Source: a virus
DNA length: 64,000 bases
Reading direction: 5' to 3' (one strand)
Virus record (IMG/VR): IMGVR_UViG_3300017971_000041
Location: 2,677 to 66,676 of that record
Part shown: positions 19,568 through 29,369 of the stretch, one piece after another
Position numbering within the stretch: position 1 is the first letter of the stretch
Layout of the letters: every line of letters begins with the position of its first letter
Program-made: the position numbers and the translations under genes
Notes under the pieces: model-generated
What the model was told of the DNA's origin: nothing
Seen by the model: only the letters and a program-made list of their open reading frames with translations
Databases searched by the model: none

Positions 19568-21283
19568 ATGGGTAAGGGCGAAATAGTAAGCGAAGACGAA
19601 GACGGAAAATATCGAATTAAAATAAAATTTCGTCGAGATCGATACGATGCAGAATTGGAGTATTTGAAACAGCGTATTACTGAAGAGTGGGAAAAATATC
19701 AATTGATGGATCCTGGGGTCGAAAAACAAAAGCAATTAGCCATTTGGACAGCAATGGACAGCCGCCGTGAATTTTTAGAAACTAATTTCCCAGAAGATGA
19801 AGAACGAGATGTTTGGTGTGCTGACTATACGTTGAACATTGCTCCAGGCACCACGGTGGGGACAATTGAAATTCCCGGTGAGTTGAAAGATGTTTTGATT
19901 CGACCTGGTCATGAAGATGCTTATACTTTTGAACCGACTAGAGATGGTCAATTAAATCCCATTTTAAATATTACTCCTTCAGTTAGTTTTTTGTGTTGGG
20001 GATTGTTACCTGGATGGCAAAAATGGATGCCGACATATCGATTCGGGGAAGTTCGTGCAATCGATTATGAAAACGACAAATGCACCGTGGAACTTGAAGA
20101 CACATATTCCGACCCGGTTTACGCCCAGTATTTGGACATTAATCAATCATCATATTTATACAATGTACCGATTGAGTATATGTCATGTAATGCAGCAATA
20201 TTCGAGGAAGATGATGCGGTACTTGTCGAATTTGAGGACCAGGAGTGGGAGAATCCGAAAGTCATCGGGTTTAAACAAAATCCAAAGCCATGTGATATTT
20301 ATATTAAAATCGAATCTGTTAATGGTTTTGAGGGATATAAAAAGTCAGGATCTTATGTTTTCTTATCGCAGCCAAAGACTCAAGAAATGATCGATTGGCG
20401 TGGAATATGGTATGAAGATTTCACAATTATCCGAGAAAAGGATACAATTTCCAACTATTTAGTCGAAGTTGATGCCAATGGAGTAGCATGTATGGCCAGA
20501 GCGGACATGGACGAAGTTGACAATGAGTATGGATTCCACGCGTGGTTCGCTAACGATGACTTGTTTAAGTACATGACAACTGACTATAAAGGGACCTGGC
20601 CGCGTTATCTGTGTAAGCACCGACGAGCTGACACGTGGACTGATCTGCGGCTGGAGTCTGAATATCGAACTGACGAATGGTTGGACTGGGCTGATTCAAA
20701 AGTCGATCCTGTTTCCGGGATCCAACATTCTACAGCCCTCGAATCAATGACTAAACAAGAATTCCAAACGGCCGAGGGTGAAACGGTTAAGGGATATGTG
20801 ATAGCTATAGATGACGTTTACCAGATAAAACGTTATTACGAACGGTCGAGGTCCGGACCGACTCACTTGTGGGCTTTACCAGAAGAACAAGACAATATTT
20901 CAGGATTTATTTCTGACGTAACGGGAATATGGGCTTCAGATGACTATTATACTCTCGGGGCATATGGTCCGGTAGATCGTTATCACTTTCCTACTAATAA
21001 GGGATATCTTTGCCCCTCCCAGATATCTATTGGCGGTTTAATTTATAATCAATATTCGTATAGTTCAGATTATGACGTGGAATATAGTGCGCCGTATATA
21101 AAGTCAGATCGTTACGGAAGAAATCCAGAATTTCCATATTTAAGTGACCCCGATGATCCCCACCACTATGGTAGGACTATCATAGCGAAATACGGAACCC
21201 CCGTGGACCATAAAGCCACTGTTAATTGGGAGATGTACATTTCTTGGGAATTAAAATACGCATTACCTGCAGATTTAACTTAA
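19568..21283 (+). CDS. Tail tip/baseplate protein
   Basis: Likely start MGKGEI at 19568. 'WCADYT', 'GTIEIPGE', 'PGWQKWMPTYRFG', 'VPIEYMSCN..F...D.VLVEF' (OB-like). Confidence 0.6.
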   Translation: MGKGEIVSEDEDGKYRIKIKFRRDRYDAELEYLKQRITEEWEKYQLMDPGVEKQKQLAIWTAMDSRREFLETNFPEDEERDVWCADYTLNIAPGTTVGTIEIPGELKDVLIRPGHEDAYTFEPTRDGQLNPILNITPSVSFLCWGLLPGWQKWMPTYRFGEVRAIDYENDKCTVELEDTYSDPVYAQYLDINQSSYLYNVPIEYMSCNAAIFEEDDAVLVEFEDQEWENPKVIGFKQNPKPCDIYIKIESVNGFEGYKKSGSYVFLSQPKTQEMIDWRGIWYEDFTIIREKDTISNYLVEVDANGVACMARADMDEVDNEYGFHAWFANDDLFKYMTTDYKGTWPRYLCKHRRADTWTDLRLESEYRTDEWLDWADSKVDPVSGIQHSTALESMTKQEFQTAEGETVKGYVIAIDDVYQIKRYYERSRSGPTHLWALPEEQDNISGFISDVTGIWASDDYYTLGAYGPVDRYHFPTNKGYLCPSQISIGGLIYNQYSYSSDYDVEYSAPYIKSDRYGRNPEFPYLSDPDDPHHYGRTIIAKYGTPVDHKATVNWEMYISWELKYALPADLT

Positions 21284-21326
21284 TGCAAACAGCGCTAAGC
21301 GCTAATAACTATACAGGAGGTCTAAA

Positions 21327-21650
21327 ATGGCTTTAGCTTTAACGGAAAGAAGTGGACGGCAACCAACTTGGGAAGGAAAATTTACTGTAGACGATGACAC
21401 TTCCGATTATCTTTTTTTGCCGGCATTATCGGGCAGATACGTGGCGGTAGGTGTTATTCCCGGCGCAAACGGGGGCAAGATTCAGCATACAATTTCTTCG
21501 ATATCGGCTGTTGAAGGTGGTTCAGCTATCTGGTATGATTGGCCCCATGGCATGGTTAGTGCGAATAAAATGGATTATTTGTTAAGCCCTATTACGGCTA
21601 TTCGGTTTGTGGCTTCCGGCGGTGAGGTTGATTTCGAAGTACTGATATAA
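21327..21650 (+). CDS. Hypothetical small beta protein
   Basis: RBS AGGAGG; 107 aa. Confidence 0.65.
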   Translation: MALALTERSGRQPTWEGKFTVDDDTSDYLFLPALSGRYVAVGVIPGANGGKIQHTISSISAVEGGSAIWYDWPHGMVSANKMDYLLSPITAIRFVASGGEVDFEVLI

Positions 21651-21661
21651 GGAGGTTTAAA

Positions 21662-22663
21662 ATGAAAAAGTTTAGTTTGGCCTTGATGTTATTCTTGGCT
21701 CCTTTTACGGCGTCTGCTCAATACGGTGGTTCGCCTTACGGCGGTGGACCTATTAACTTATCTTTAAATCTTCAGACAAATGGTAACTGGATTACTAATG
21801 ACGGCGGGGATGAGGGGATTTACATTGACGCTGACGGAAATGTTGGTATTGGGACAGACAGTCCTACTTCTGTGTTAACTATCGAACCGGATACTGACGA
21901 CATAGCTTTTCAAATTGATGATACTAACGCTAAGATAGCTTGGCAGGATGGTCCCTATCTTTCCACGAGTTCGTTGTATACTGCTGCTTATGATTTTAGT
22001 ACTTCCCACTGGGATGGTTCCGGAGTAGTGACGACTTTATTTTTGGAGGCATCGACTGGGTTTGTCGGCGTTGGGGGGACTTCTCCTGAGTGTGGGCTTC
22101 ATGTAGGTGATGGATCTTCTGAAATCGTTAGTACTACTAACGATTTGTATATCTCGGGCAATGTCGAAGTAGATGGCACCCTATATTCGGACACTAACCT
22201 TTTTGTGGGTGGATATCTTTCTGCAGCCACAATTCGGGCTAAGTCCACAGACATTTCATTGGCCACGGTAGCCGGATCGTCCCTTGTTACGATTAAAGCC
22301 GACGGTAAAGTGGGTATAGGTGCGGCTTCCCCTGTGGCTTTATTAGACGTTAATGGTTCGATAGCTAAAAATATCACTACTCCTGATTTAACGGGCAATA
22401 GCTATACAATAACCGCTACAGATTATGCCGTACTTATTGACGACGACGACGCACAAGTAACAGGCACTGTAGTGATAGCACTCCCCGCCGTGGCTACTAA
22501 TACAGGAAGGGAGTTGGTCATCAAAAAGATAGGAAATAGCTATACCGTTCAGTTAGACGGTAACGGCAGCGAAACCATCGACGAGTCCCTTACTAAAAAT
22601 CTTTCCACTCAATATGATAGCTATACGATTATTTGCAATGGAACGGAATGGTGGATTGAATAA
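21662..22663 (+). CDS. Tail-fibre-like protein with signal peptide
   Basis: MKKFSLALMLFLAPFTASA|Q. Three 'G.VGIG...P...L.V' repeats. C-terminal 'GRELVIKK...LDGNGSETID...L.TQYDS.TI..NG.EWWI'. Confidence 0.7.
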   Translation: MKKFSLALMLFLAPFTASAQYGGSPYGGGPINLSLNLQTNGNWITNDGGDEGIYIDADGNVGIGTDSPTSVLTIEPDTDDIAFQIDDTNAKIAWQDGPYLSTSSLYTAAYDFSTSHWDGSGVVTTLFLEASTGFVGVGGTSPECGLHVGDGSSEIVSTTNDLYISGNVEVDGTLYSDTNLFVGGYLSAATIRAKSTDISLATVAGSSLVTIKADGKVGIGAASPVALLDVNGSIAKNITTPDLTGNSYTITATDYAVLIDDDDAQVTGTVVIALPAVATNTGRELVIKKIGNSYTVQLDGNGSETIDESLTKNLSTQYDSYTIICNGTEWWIE

Positions 22664-22672
22664 GGAGGCGTA

Positions 22673-23266
22673 ATGACTTATACAACTAAAGACGGCATAA
22701 TAGAAAACCCGATGTGGAACGACTTAATAGGATATTTAGCTGGGAAGAATATTGACGTTACTTCTGGCAGGATTGATTATAGTTATCCTAATGGCGCGGT
22801 AGCTTTCCAGAACAATGCTCGCTATGCCGATGAACCAGTAGTTGTTCGTCACCAGATTCACCATGGATTTTACTTTGGATCCGGAGCTGTAGCGCGACCC
22901 CATTTACATTGGCTCCAGCAACATTCTACTAATATCCCCAACTGGCTTTTTGGGTATAGATTAGTAGAAAACGGAGATTCGGCAACTATTGAAACGGACT
23001 TTTCCAACTTTACTTTTTCCGTTCCACAAAGTCATGTTTTTACTTATTCGTCGGGCGTTTTGGCGCAGATAACGAAGTTTACGGAAATAGATATTTCAGA
23101 TTTAAGTCCCAGTGATTTTATAATTACTGTTCTTTTCCGCGATACGACTAACGCCAGTACTTTATTTTCTGATGTAGATCCTTCCAGCCTTGTAGAGTAC
23201 GCTACGGATTTGGATCTTCATCTCAAAATTGATGCGTTGGGAAGCAGGGAGGAGTATACCAAATGA
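22673..23266 (+). CDS. Hypothetical virion-associated beta protein
   Basis: RBS AAGGAGG; 'QIHH', 'PHLHW', 'DLH..IDALGSREEY.K'. Confidence 0.6.
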   Translation: MTYTTKDGIIENPMWNDLIGYLAGKNIDVTSGRIDYSYPNGAVAFQNNARYADEPVVVRHQIHHGFYFGSGAVARPHLHWLQQHSTNIPNWLFGYRLVENGDSATIETDFSNFTFSVPQSHVFTYSSGVLAQITKFTEIDISDLSPSDFIITVLFRDTTNASTLFSDVDPSSLVEYATDLDLHLKIDALGSREEYTK

Positions 23267-23781
23267 AAAAAATAGTATTAGTAGGCTTGGGAGTCGCATG
23301 TCTTGTCTTAGTCATTAGCTTTTTTACTAATGCTACATATATCCAGGGAACGGGTGTTGAAGAAGGCGTCTTTGCTTACATGACGGCTGAGTCCGATACC
23401 ACGTGTACGGCTGCAGAAACGTGGTATGCGATAGCTGGTGCGTTTACTAATTCGCCGATGTCCGGTTTTATTTTTGATACGGACCACATCGAATATAGCG
23501 GTTTGGAACCCGTTTACTTTAAAATTGACTGGTTTTCCACGGTGAGTTCGGGTACAAATGGATCTGTTGGTCATTTTGGCGTTTATCTTAATGGCGTCTT
23601 AGTCGATTCGTCCGTAATGGGTGTTTACATGAAAACAGCGGATGAGCCTTTTTCGGCAGCGGGCACCTGTGTTATCGAACTGGATACTGACGATGAGATC
23701 CAGCTTCGGGTCAAGTCTGATGGAGCTGGGGATGTTTTTACTATTTATCATTTTACTACCACCATCAACCGTTTTTATTAA
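23263..23781 (+). CDS. Protein with N-terminal signal/anchor and C1q/BclA-C-like beta domain
   Basis: MKK plus hydrophobic stretch; 'V.LNG', 'IELDTDDEIQLRV' pattern. Confidence 0.55.
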   Translation: MKKIVLVGLGVACLVLVISFFTNATYIQGTGVEEGVFAYMTAESDTTCTAAETWYAIAGAFTNSPMSGFIFDTDHIEYSGLEPVYFKIDWFSTVSSGTNGSVGHFGVYLNGVLVDSSVMGVYMKTADEPFSAAGTCVIELDTDDEIQLRVKSDGAGDVFTIYHFTTTINRFY

Positions 23782-23802
23782 TCTGAAGCTTGGAGGCTTA
23801 TT

Positions 23803-24132
23803 ATGAAAATCAGTATTCCCCTTATGTTATTGATTTTACTGGTTTTAGAGAGTTGTGTTTTCCATGGAACCCATCGTTCGAATTGCGTTTCAAAAGCATT
23901 TCAAAACGCAACAGCATGGCGAATTAATACGGGCGAAACCGTGTTGATTTCTGAGCAAAAATGGCATGGGCGTAACCACTGGCAAGCAAAAACCCTTTCT
24001 GGAACGTACTTATGTGGGAATGGCTGGCAAGTTACTGTCTGTGAAAACGAAGGTAAAGAATACAATAGCCTTCGGTTAGACGACGCTATGGAAAAATTTT
24101 TAACTTTTAGAGTACCCTATGGGGAGGAGTAA
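23803..24132 (+). CDS. Putative lipoprotein
   Basis: MKISIPLMLLILLVLES|C lipobox-like sequence. Confidence 0.55.
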   Translation: MKISIPLMLLILLVLESCVFHGTHRSNCVSKAFQNATAWRINTGETVLISEQKWHGRNHWQAKTLSGTYLCGNGWQVTVCENEGKEYNSLRLDDAMEKFLTFRVPYGEE

Positions 24133-24135
24133 AAA

Positions 24136-24522
24136 ATGAAACAATTTAAATTACTTATTATATGGTTCCTGGTATTTTTTTCTTTATCTGCGCCTGCGTT
24201 TTCGGATAAATCGGTAACTTTTGATCAGTACTTTCCAGTATTTATCAACAGTCGTGCGGTGGAATTGAATTATGGTTCGTTAGGAGAACCAGATTTAAAA
24301 CTAACCGAAATCATCACGGTCAAAATAAAAGTAAAAGAGCAGAATGGGGTTCCAAGTTATTTTTATAAGAAAAAATGGGATATAAGAGTCAATAATCCTG
24401 ATGGCTTGCCCCAATTACCGTCGGCGTGTAAAACTGCAAATCGGGTAGATTGTGATAAGTGGTTGTATTTAAATACGGCCACAGAAGCGATAAATGTAAA
24501 TTATTCCCCCTCTTTCGAGTAA
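24136..24522 (+). CDS. Secreted hypothetical protein
   Basis: MKQFK, hydrophobic core, AFS|D. One Cys pair. Confidence 0.6.
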   Translation: MKQFKLLIIWFLVFFSLSAPAFSDKSVTFDQYFPVFINSRAVELNYGSLGEPDLKLTEIITVKIKVKEQNGVPSYFYKKKWDIRVNNPDGLPQLPSACKTANRVDCDKWLYLNTATEAINVNYSPSFE

Positions 24523-24548
24523 CTGCCGTGGATTTTAGGAAAATTTTT

Positions 24549-25307
24549 ATGCGTCCTTTACTTATTTTATTTATCAGTTTGACGGTGTCTCCTGCATCGG
24601 CTTTATCTATTTTCTTCGTACCCGGTCCTGATAAAGCCGCCACAGAACACCGGATTTACTGGGAAAGTGGCTCTAATAACGGCTATGCAAGCCTCCAAAT
24701 GCCGAAAACTATCATGGATTTTGGACACTTAGCGGCAGGGAAGTACTTTTTTTGGGTGACAGCGCTTGATAAATATGGAAATGAGTCGGATAAATCAGAA
24801 GTTTTAGAAGTTCGAGTTATTGATGGAAAGACGGAAAACGATTTATTCCCTATTCATATAATCATAAAATCGCCTTCAGAAATAATTATCCACTCGTTAG
24901 GAGTTGATTCTGAAACAAAAGTTTCGAATGGTGACGGGGGGATTTATATTGTGGGTAATCAATATACCACGTTAACCGACATTGCTAATTTTCTTGGATC
25001 CGACATTGGACTTGGGAATATTGAGCTTTGGGTCGAGGTACCAATTGAGACCCTGGCCCAAAGTGTTCCAGACACCTTTCCGAATAGTACGAGTCCGGGC
25101 GGGCAAATGGTCTGGGAAAATTACAATCCTCCGATAATAAAAACCCAGACCCATGCAATCATGAAAGTAGCAGAACGGTTAGGAAAAAATTACAAACCAA
25201 TGTCTTTCGATATATATACTCGTTATCGAACTGAGTTTGGTATTGAAGCAATTTTAACCCAACACGAACTTCTGACTAAATTACAAACGACGGAGATCCG
25301 GGAGTAA
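24549..25307 (+). CDS. Secreted protein with fibronectin type III-like domain
   Basis: Likely start MRPLLILFISLTVSPASA| at 24549. 'L..G.Y.F.VTALD..GNES..S' FN3 signature. Confidence 0.6.
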   Translation: MRPLLILFISLTVSPASALSIFFVPGPDKAATEHRIYWESGSNNGYASLQMPKTIMDFGHLAAGKYFFWVTALDKYGNESDKSEVLEVRVIDGKTENDLFPIHIIIKSPSEIIIHSLGVDSETKVSNGDGGIYIVGNQYTTLTDIANFLGSDIGLGNIELWVEVPIETLAQSVPDTFPNSTSPGGQMVWENYNPPIIKTQTHAIMKVAERLGKNYKPMSFDIYTRYRTEFGIEAILTQHELLTKLQTTEIRE

Positions 25308-25312
25308 AATTT

Positions 25313-25657
25313 ATGGAAAAACACTTGACTCAATGGTTCGAGCAATTCCTGGGAGTTTGTCCTGTTTTTGTTATTGCGTTGTTCGGAGGCTTCGCACGGG
25401 TATTAAATCGAGACGAGTCTAAATCAAAAGCTACTTACGGGGAATACATTGCTGGATTAGTAACAGCTGCCTTTGTTGGGTTAATTGTTCATTGGGTTTC
25501 TGATGCGGTCGGACTCGAGCCTAAAGTCAAATCGATAGCCATAGCACTGGGCGGATATCGCTCAAAGGACGTGCTATCTGTTTTATCAAAACTATTTATC
25601 GAGGTCCTCAATGTAAAATTTTTTAAAAGCCTATTCAACCCCCGGAGTGACAAATGA
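25313..25657 (+). CDS. Holin-like membrane protein
   Basis: 'ALFGGFARVL', 'AAFVGL', 'ALGGY' with three hydrophobic segments, at the end of the tail module. Confidence 0.7.
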   Translation: MEKHLTQWFEQFLGVCPVFVIALFGGFARVLNRDESKSKATYGEYIAGLVTAAFVGLIVHWVSDAVGLEPKVKSIAIALGGYRSKDVLSVLSKLFIEVLNVKFFKSLFNPRSDK

Positions 25658-26163
25658 AAGAATTATCAGAACTGATTTCTATGGACATCAACATTCTGCT
25701 CGGCCACTGGACACTCCTCGTGGTTATCAATCTTGTTTACGTGTCGTGGATTTGGATTACTGTCGATTCGGTTATGGAAAAGACGCCTTCAGAATGCTTG
25801 ATGTTACCCATTATAATGAAACGACAAGATTGCATTACTCGGAAGATTTATTATTTAAAAATTATTCTGTTGGTCCAGCTTGTGTATTTTATGTATTATT
25901 CTCATTGGTTCATATACCAATACTACCACGGGTGTCCATGCACACATGTTTTTCAATTTATGATGCCGGTCCATGAACAATCTCATTTAATTTCAACGGT
26001 ATTTTTTAGATGGGTATTTATTGAGGGAGTCGTTCACTTGTTTTGTTTTCGATTAGCTTATGAAGTTCGAAGGGACCTAAAGAAAACATTTCGTAGTTAC
26101 CGAAAGGGGACAAGATGCAAGTCATGTGACCGCAAGTGCCCCCTGATGACGGTACGGTTATGA
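25654..26163 (+). CDS. Membrane protein
   Basis: About three hydrophobic segments, Cys-rich tail; ATGA-coupled to the holin. Confidence 0.5.
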   Translation: MKELSELISMDINILLGHWTLLVVINLVYVSWIWITVDSVMEKTPSECLMLPIIMKRQDCITRKIYYLKIILLVQLVYFMYYSHWFIYQYYHGCPCTHVFQFMMPVHEQSHLISTVFFRWVFIEGVVHLFCFRLAYEVRRDLKKTFRSYRKGTRCKSCDRKCPLMTVRL

Positions 26164-26167
26164 GGAA

Positions 26168-26392
26168 TTAGTCCACGGATTGGAACAAGGCGTTAGCAAA
26201 TGCCGTGGTAATTTCATGATTATAACCGCGCTCAATGGATGATTCTTTCAGCATTTTTACATTGCCCCGAATAACAAACATCTTATCGAGTGTTCGTTCG
26301 AGTTTCTCCAGCGCGGTGTGTTGGACTGAATCTGTGGGGGCAATCGCTTCATGTAAATCATTAATGAGTTGTTTTGCTTGTACAGAATCCAT
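26168..26392 (-). CDS. Hypothetical protein
   Basis: RBS GGAGG; 74 aa. Confidence 0.65.
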   Translation of the reverse strand: MDSVQAKQLINDLHEAIAPTDSVQHTALEKLERTLDKMFVIRGNVKMLKESSIERGYNHEITTAFANALFQSVD

Positions 26393-26400
26393 TGTTCCTC

Positions 26401-26643
26401 CTATTTCTCGTTTTGAGAGTAAATGCCAATGACTCGAACAATACCTTCGCGGGTGCAGAGGTATTTGTGCAAGTCGATTAAAAATCGTTTCTCAGGTCGA
26501 TCAATCGAGTAAATCTCCGGCTCACCATCGACAGTTACAATAACCACATGTTCGGACATGATGCCCAAAGATTTATCGAAACCGTAATATTCAACATTGT
26601 TGCCAGATTCGTCTTGTACAGTAAATGTTCTCTGGTCGTTCAT
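26401..26643 (-). CDS. Hypothetical protein
   Basis: RBS AAGGAG and its own promoter. Confidence 0.65.
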   Translation of the reverse strand: MNDQRTFTVQDESGNNVEYYGFDKSLGIMSEHVVIVTVDGEPEIYSIDRPEKRFLIDLHKYLCTREGIVRVIGIYSQNEK

Positions 26644-26669
26644 GTAATTCTCCTTTCGTGTTATGGGTA

Positions 26670-26698
26670 TTTATATTCGAAAAAATATTAAATGTCAA
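26670..26698 (-). promoter_or_regulatory. Sigma70-type promoter
   Basis: TTGACA-N17-TATAAA. Confidence 0.7.
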
Positions 26699-26702
26699 CA
26701 GG

Positions 26703-26738
26703 AAAGGTCCCTTTATTGTGAAAGGGACCTTTTTTTTT
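26703..26738. terminator. Intrinsic terminator, possibly bidirectional
   Basis: AAAGGTCCCTTT / AAAGGGACCTTT with T run. Confidence 0.7.
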
Positions 26739-26740
26739 CG

Positions 26741-27109
26741 TTATGCAATCACAGAATATACCCAGCGAAAATTGCTCATTTTGAACATCCAGAATGTTTC
26801 ATGTTCAGACGGGGGCAGTTCATGTCTGTGTTTACGCAGGCGAGCACGGACAGCTTTCGCGGAAATTCCCAGTTGTTCAGCGAGATATTTAGGTGTAAAA
26901 TATACAACCTGTTTTTGTTCCTGTTTTTGTGTTCCTTTAACGTATCCAATTTCTGGATCGAAATTCGGAATCGGACCACCGAGGTCGTTAATGGAGACAT
27001 TAAATTTTTTCATTACTAACGAGAGTTTCGCCATTGCTGCTTTCATTTCTCCCTCAGTTCCAGGTCGGGCAGCAAGATTATATATTGATTGTATCGTTGA
27101 CATGTTCAT
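26741..27109 (-). CDS. DUF2786-like N-terminus plus shared HTH-like C-domain (paralogue 1)
   Basis: 'IYNLAARPGTEGEMKAAMAKL' and 'TPKYLAEQLGISAKAVRARLRK...LP....FWMF'. Confidence 0.75.
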   Translation of the reverse strand: MNMSTIQSIYNLAARPGTEGEMKAAMAKLSLVMKKFNVSINDLGGPIPNFDPEIGYVKGTQKQEQKQVVYFTPKYLAEQLGISAKAVRARLRKHRHELPPSEHETFWMFKMSNFRWVYSVIA

Positions 27110-27147
27110 GTTTTTTCCCCTTAGTGTTTGTTGTTAATCTTGCTTTG

Positions 27148-27176
27148 TTTATAAGAGAGAAAAAGATTTCTGTCAA
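27148..27176 (-). promoter_or_regulatory. Sigma70-type promoter
   Basis: TTGACA-N17-TATAAA. Confidence 0.7.
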
Positions 27177-27189
27177 CAGAAATTCTCGT

Positions 27190-27636
27190 TTATTTTAAAT
27201 GTTGGATAAAAATTTTCATGACGGGTTCTCGATGGGCAGAATCAAATTCCCAGCCTCTGGGTTTTAGTGGTTGGGGGATTGAAGTGCGATTTGAGCGCAG
27301 AATTTGACGTACCTTAGATGGCTTCAATCCAGTTTCTTCAACAATCGTTTTTACATTAAATGTACGGCCGCTAGGGACGAAATCTGGGTCTGGTTTGTAT
27401 GAACCCGATCCAGGCTTCGCCGTCTTTGTTTTTGTATCAGGAGACGGTTTCTGTGTGGGCTCTACGGAAGTATCGATGAAGATAACGAATGTTGAATTTT
27501 CACACAGTATGCGTAACTGTTCAGCTACCTCCGTGGCTTTATCTTCAGTAAATTTATTTTTCCCTTGAACCATGATGGGTTCTTCATCATAGTTGCCCTT
27601 CCGAAGTAATTTGTGGATGGAACAATTCTCAATCAT
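27190..27636 (-). CDS. Shared HTH-like C-domain protein (paralogue 2)
   Basis: 'FNVKTIVEETGLKPSKVRQILRS...IP....GWEF'. Start chosen after AAAGGA. Confidence 0.7.
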   Translation of the reverse strand: MIENCSIHKLLRKGNYDEEPIMVQGKNKFTEDKATEVAEQLRILCENSTFVIFIDTSVEPTQKPSPDTKTKTAKPGSGSYKPDPDFVPSGRTFNVKTIVEETGLKPSKVRQILRSNRTSIPQPLKPRGWEFDSAHREPVMKIFIQHLK

Positions 27637-27813
27637 TGATATTCCTTTCATAATTTACATATTTTCGTTTTGTAGACGTCGTCAGGTCGTCATATTTCAA
27701 CGATCGTTGTTTCACATGTATTATCATATGCATTTTCATTAAACGTTCGATATTCGACGAATCGTGTTGAATTTGACAAAAATGCATAAGAAAATACATG
27801 TAATTTGTAATAT

Positions 27814-28116
27814 TTAACGTGTGGGGTAATATTTCAAGAATTCAAGAAGGAGATCGTTCACTGTTTTTATGCCAGAATGTACCCATAGAGTTATACGCTG
27901 AAGGGCTCCTCCCCCAGTTTCCGGGGATTGCCATAGTTCAAATCGATAATACCTTTCTGTCTTTATTTCTGGTAGCTTACCGTCAATATAATCCCAAAGT
28001 TGTGTTTTATCCGTCTCGATTGGTACCTGAATATTCTCAATCTCGTCATATTGATCAAAATTAATTTGTTTCCCTGCGGCTGGTCCACCGATAAGGTGGT
28101 TATATTTTATTTCCAT
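27814..28116 (-). CDS. Hypothetical protein
   Basis: RBS AAGGAG; 'LIGGP..G' N-terminus common in small phage proteins. Confidence 0.65.
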   Translation of the reverse strand: MEIKYNHLIGGPAAGKQINFDQYDEIENIQVPIETDKTQLWDYIDGKLPEIKTERYYRFELWQSPETGGGALQRITLWVHSGIKTVNDLLLEFLKYYPTR

Positions 28117-28155
28117 ATTTTCTCCTTGTTGGGCGCCCGAAGGCGCCCGTTTCAG

Positions 28156-28359
28156 TTATTTAATAAAATCGATTTCCACGGTTGCATATGACAGTCGGGC
28201 AGCGGCTTTGACACCTCTGATGTAAGAGGAGACATCAGCAGGTTTGTAAAATGTTTCAGTATTTCTGAGAGTGCTTGCGATTCTGGAGGTTGTTACCTCA
28301 AATGTTGCAGTTTCGAGCATTTCGTCGAGGGAGGTTTTTATTTCGATGCGAATTTTCAT
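28156..28359 (-). CDS. Hypothetical protein
   Basis: Start MKIRIE after AAAGGA; promoter upstream. Confidence 0.6.
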   Translation of the reverse strand: MKIRIEIKTSLDEMLETATFEVTTSRIASTLRNTETFYKPADVSSYIRGVKAAARLSYATVEIDFIK

Positions 28360-28395
28360 GATGGTTCCTTTCTGTTTGTTGTTAGTCATGCTTCT

Positions 28396-28424
28396 GTTAT
28401 AAGAGAGAATGATCGGGATGTCAA
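28396..28424 (-). promoter_or_regulatory. Sigma70-type promoter
   Basis: TTGACA-N17-TATAAC. Confidence 0.7.
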
Positions 28425-28456
28425 AGAAAAATGGAAAATTCTTTTCATAAAACCAA

Positions 28457-28481
28457 GGAGCCCCTCCCAATGAGGGGCTCC
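28457..28481 (-). terminator. Hairpin terminator
   Basis: GGAGCCCCTC / GAGGGGCTCC. Confidence 0.6.
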
Positions 28482-28508
28482 CACAACAACAACAACAACA
28501 ACGAAAGG

Positions 28509-28946
28509 CTACATATACCCGTAGCAGGTTGGACCGAAACCCGTCTTAATGCTCTTGGGGACGGTCAGTCGACGGCCACAACGTCCGCAGCGGCCTTCAT
28601 GATAAAAGTGAACGGTCTCGGGGATTTGTTTCGTTTGGCTGTTTTTCAATTTTGAATACACCCATTTAAATGCCTGCATCGAAATTGCTTTTTCCGAGAC
28701 TCGAGATTTTTTCGTAAGACGGAAATTCATATCCCGATCAATGATTCCCATATATGAATAATTTGAATTATTATCAGGGCCAGACAGCAATGAAACGAAC
28801 CAAATTTTATTCGTGAACATGTCAAAATCCCGAGGCTTTGAAATTTTAAAGGTGAAGCGGTTTCTGGTCGACTCGTTCTCAATTGTAAAAATCGATTTGC
28901 CCGCAAGAATAAATGATAGAGCATCGTCCCAGCTAATTTCATTCAT
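28509..28946 (-). CDS. DUF6011-like zinc-ribbon protein
   Basis: 'FILAG...FT', 'L.GPDN...Y.YMG', 'HEGRCGRCGRRLTVP.SI..G.GP.C'. Confidence 0.8.
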   Translation of the reverse strand: MNEISWDDALSFILAGKSIFTIENESTRNRFTFKISKPRDFDMFTNKIWFVSLLSGPDNNSNYSYMGIIDRDMNFRLTKKSRVSEKAISMQAFKWVYSKLKNSQTKQIPETVHFYHEGRCGRCGRRLTVPKSIKTGFGPTCYGYM

Positions 28947-29168
28947 GATGATTCCTTTCAATTAATATCAATTATGTTTAATATTTACATGACATTCATT
29001 AATAAGTCAACAAATATTTTAAAAATATTTCTCCGGACACAACGAAGATACAGACACAAATAATAAATTCTGCAAAGGCCTTGCTTCTAATCGTCTCAAC
29101 ACACCCAACGAAGGCAACTATCCAAGTCGTTATCGCCAGTATGGCAACAGATAATGCAGTCAACTCAA

Positions 29169-29369
29169 TCATCCCTTCCCCCGTGATATTACATCATTAG
29201 AGCCCTCACCGTGGACGAATCGGACTTGGGTCCACGGGATGCGATATAATCCCTGTGATATGTCGTTGGTTTCAATGAACAAGAATTTAGAGTCGGTCAG
29301 GTCGTAGCGGACTCGACCCAAAACTACGATTTCTCTGTCTATGAGTTGGATTGTAAGGGCGCGATTCAT
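29169..29369 (-). CDS. Hypothetical protein
   Basis: 66 aa; ATGA-coupled to the upstream gene. Confidence 0.55.
   Translation of the reverse strand: MNRALTIQLIDREIVVLGRVRYDLTDSKFLFIETNDISQGLYRIPWTQVRFVHGEGSNDVISRGKG

Noticed and set aside
18007-25307. Diversity-generating retroelement or invertible tail-fibre cassette
   Set aside because: No reverse transcriptase, recombinase or template/variable repeat pair is visible.
28483-28503. (CAA)n tracts as phase-variable microsatellites
   Set aside because: They sit in untranslated leaders, where unstructured A/C-rich sequence is better explained as a translation enhancer.
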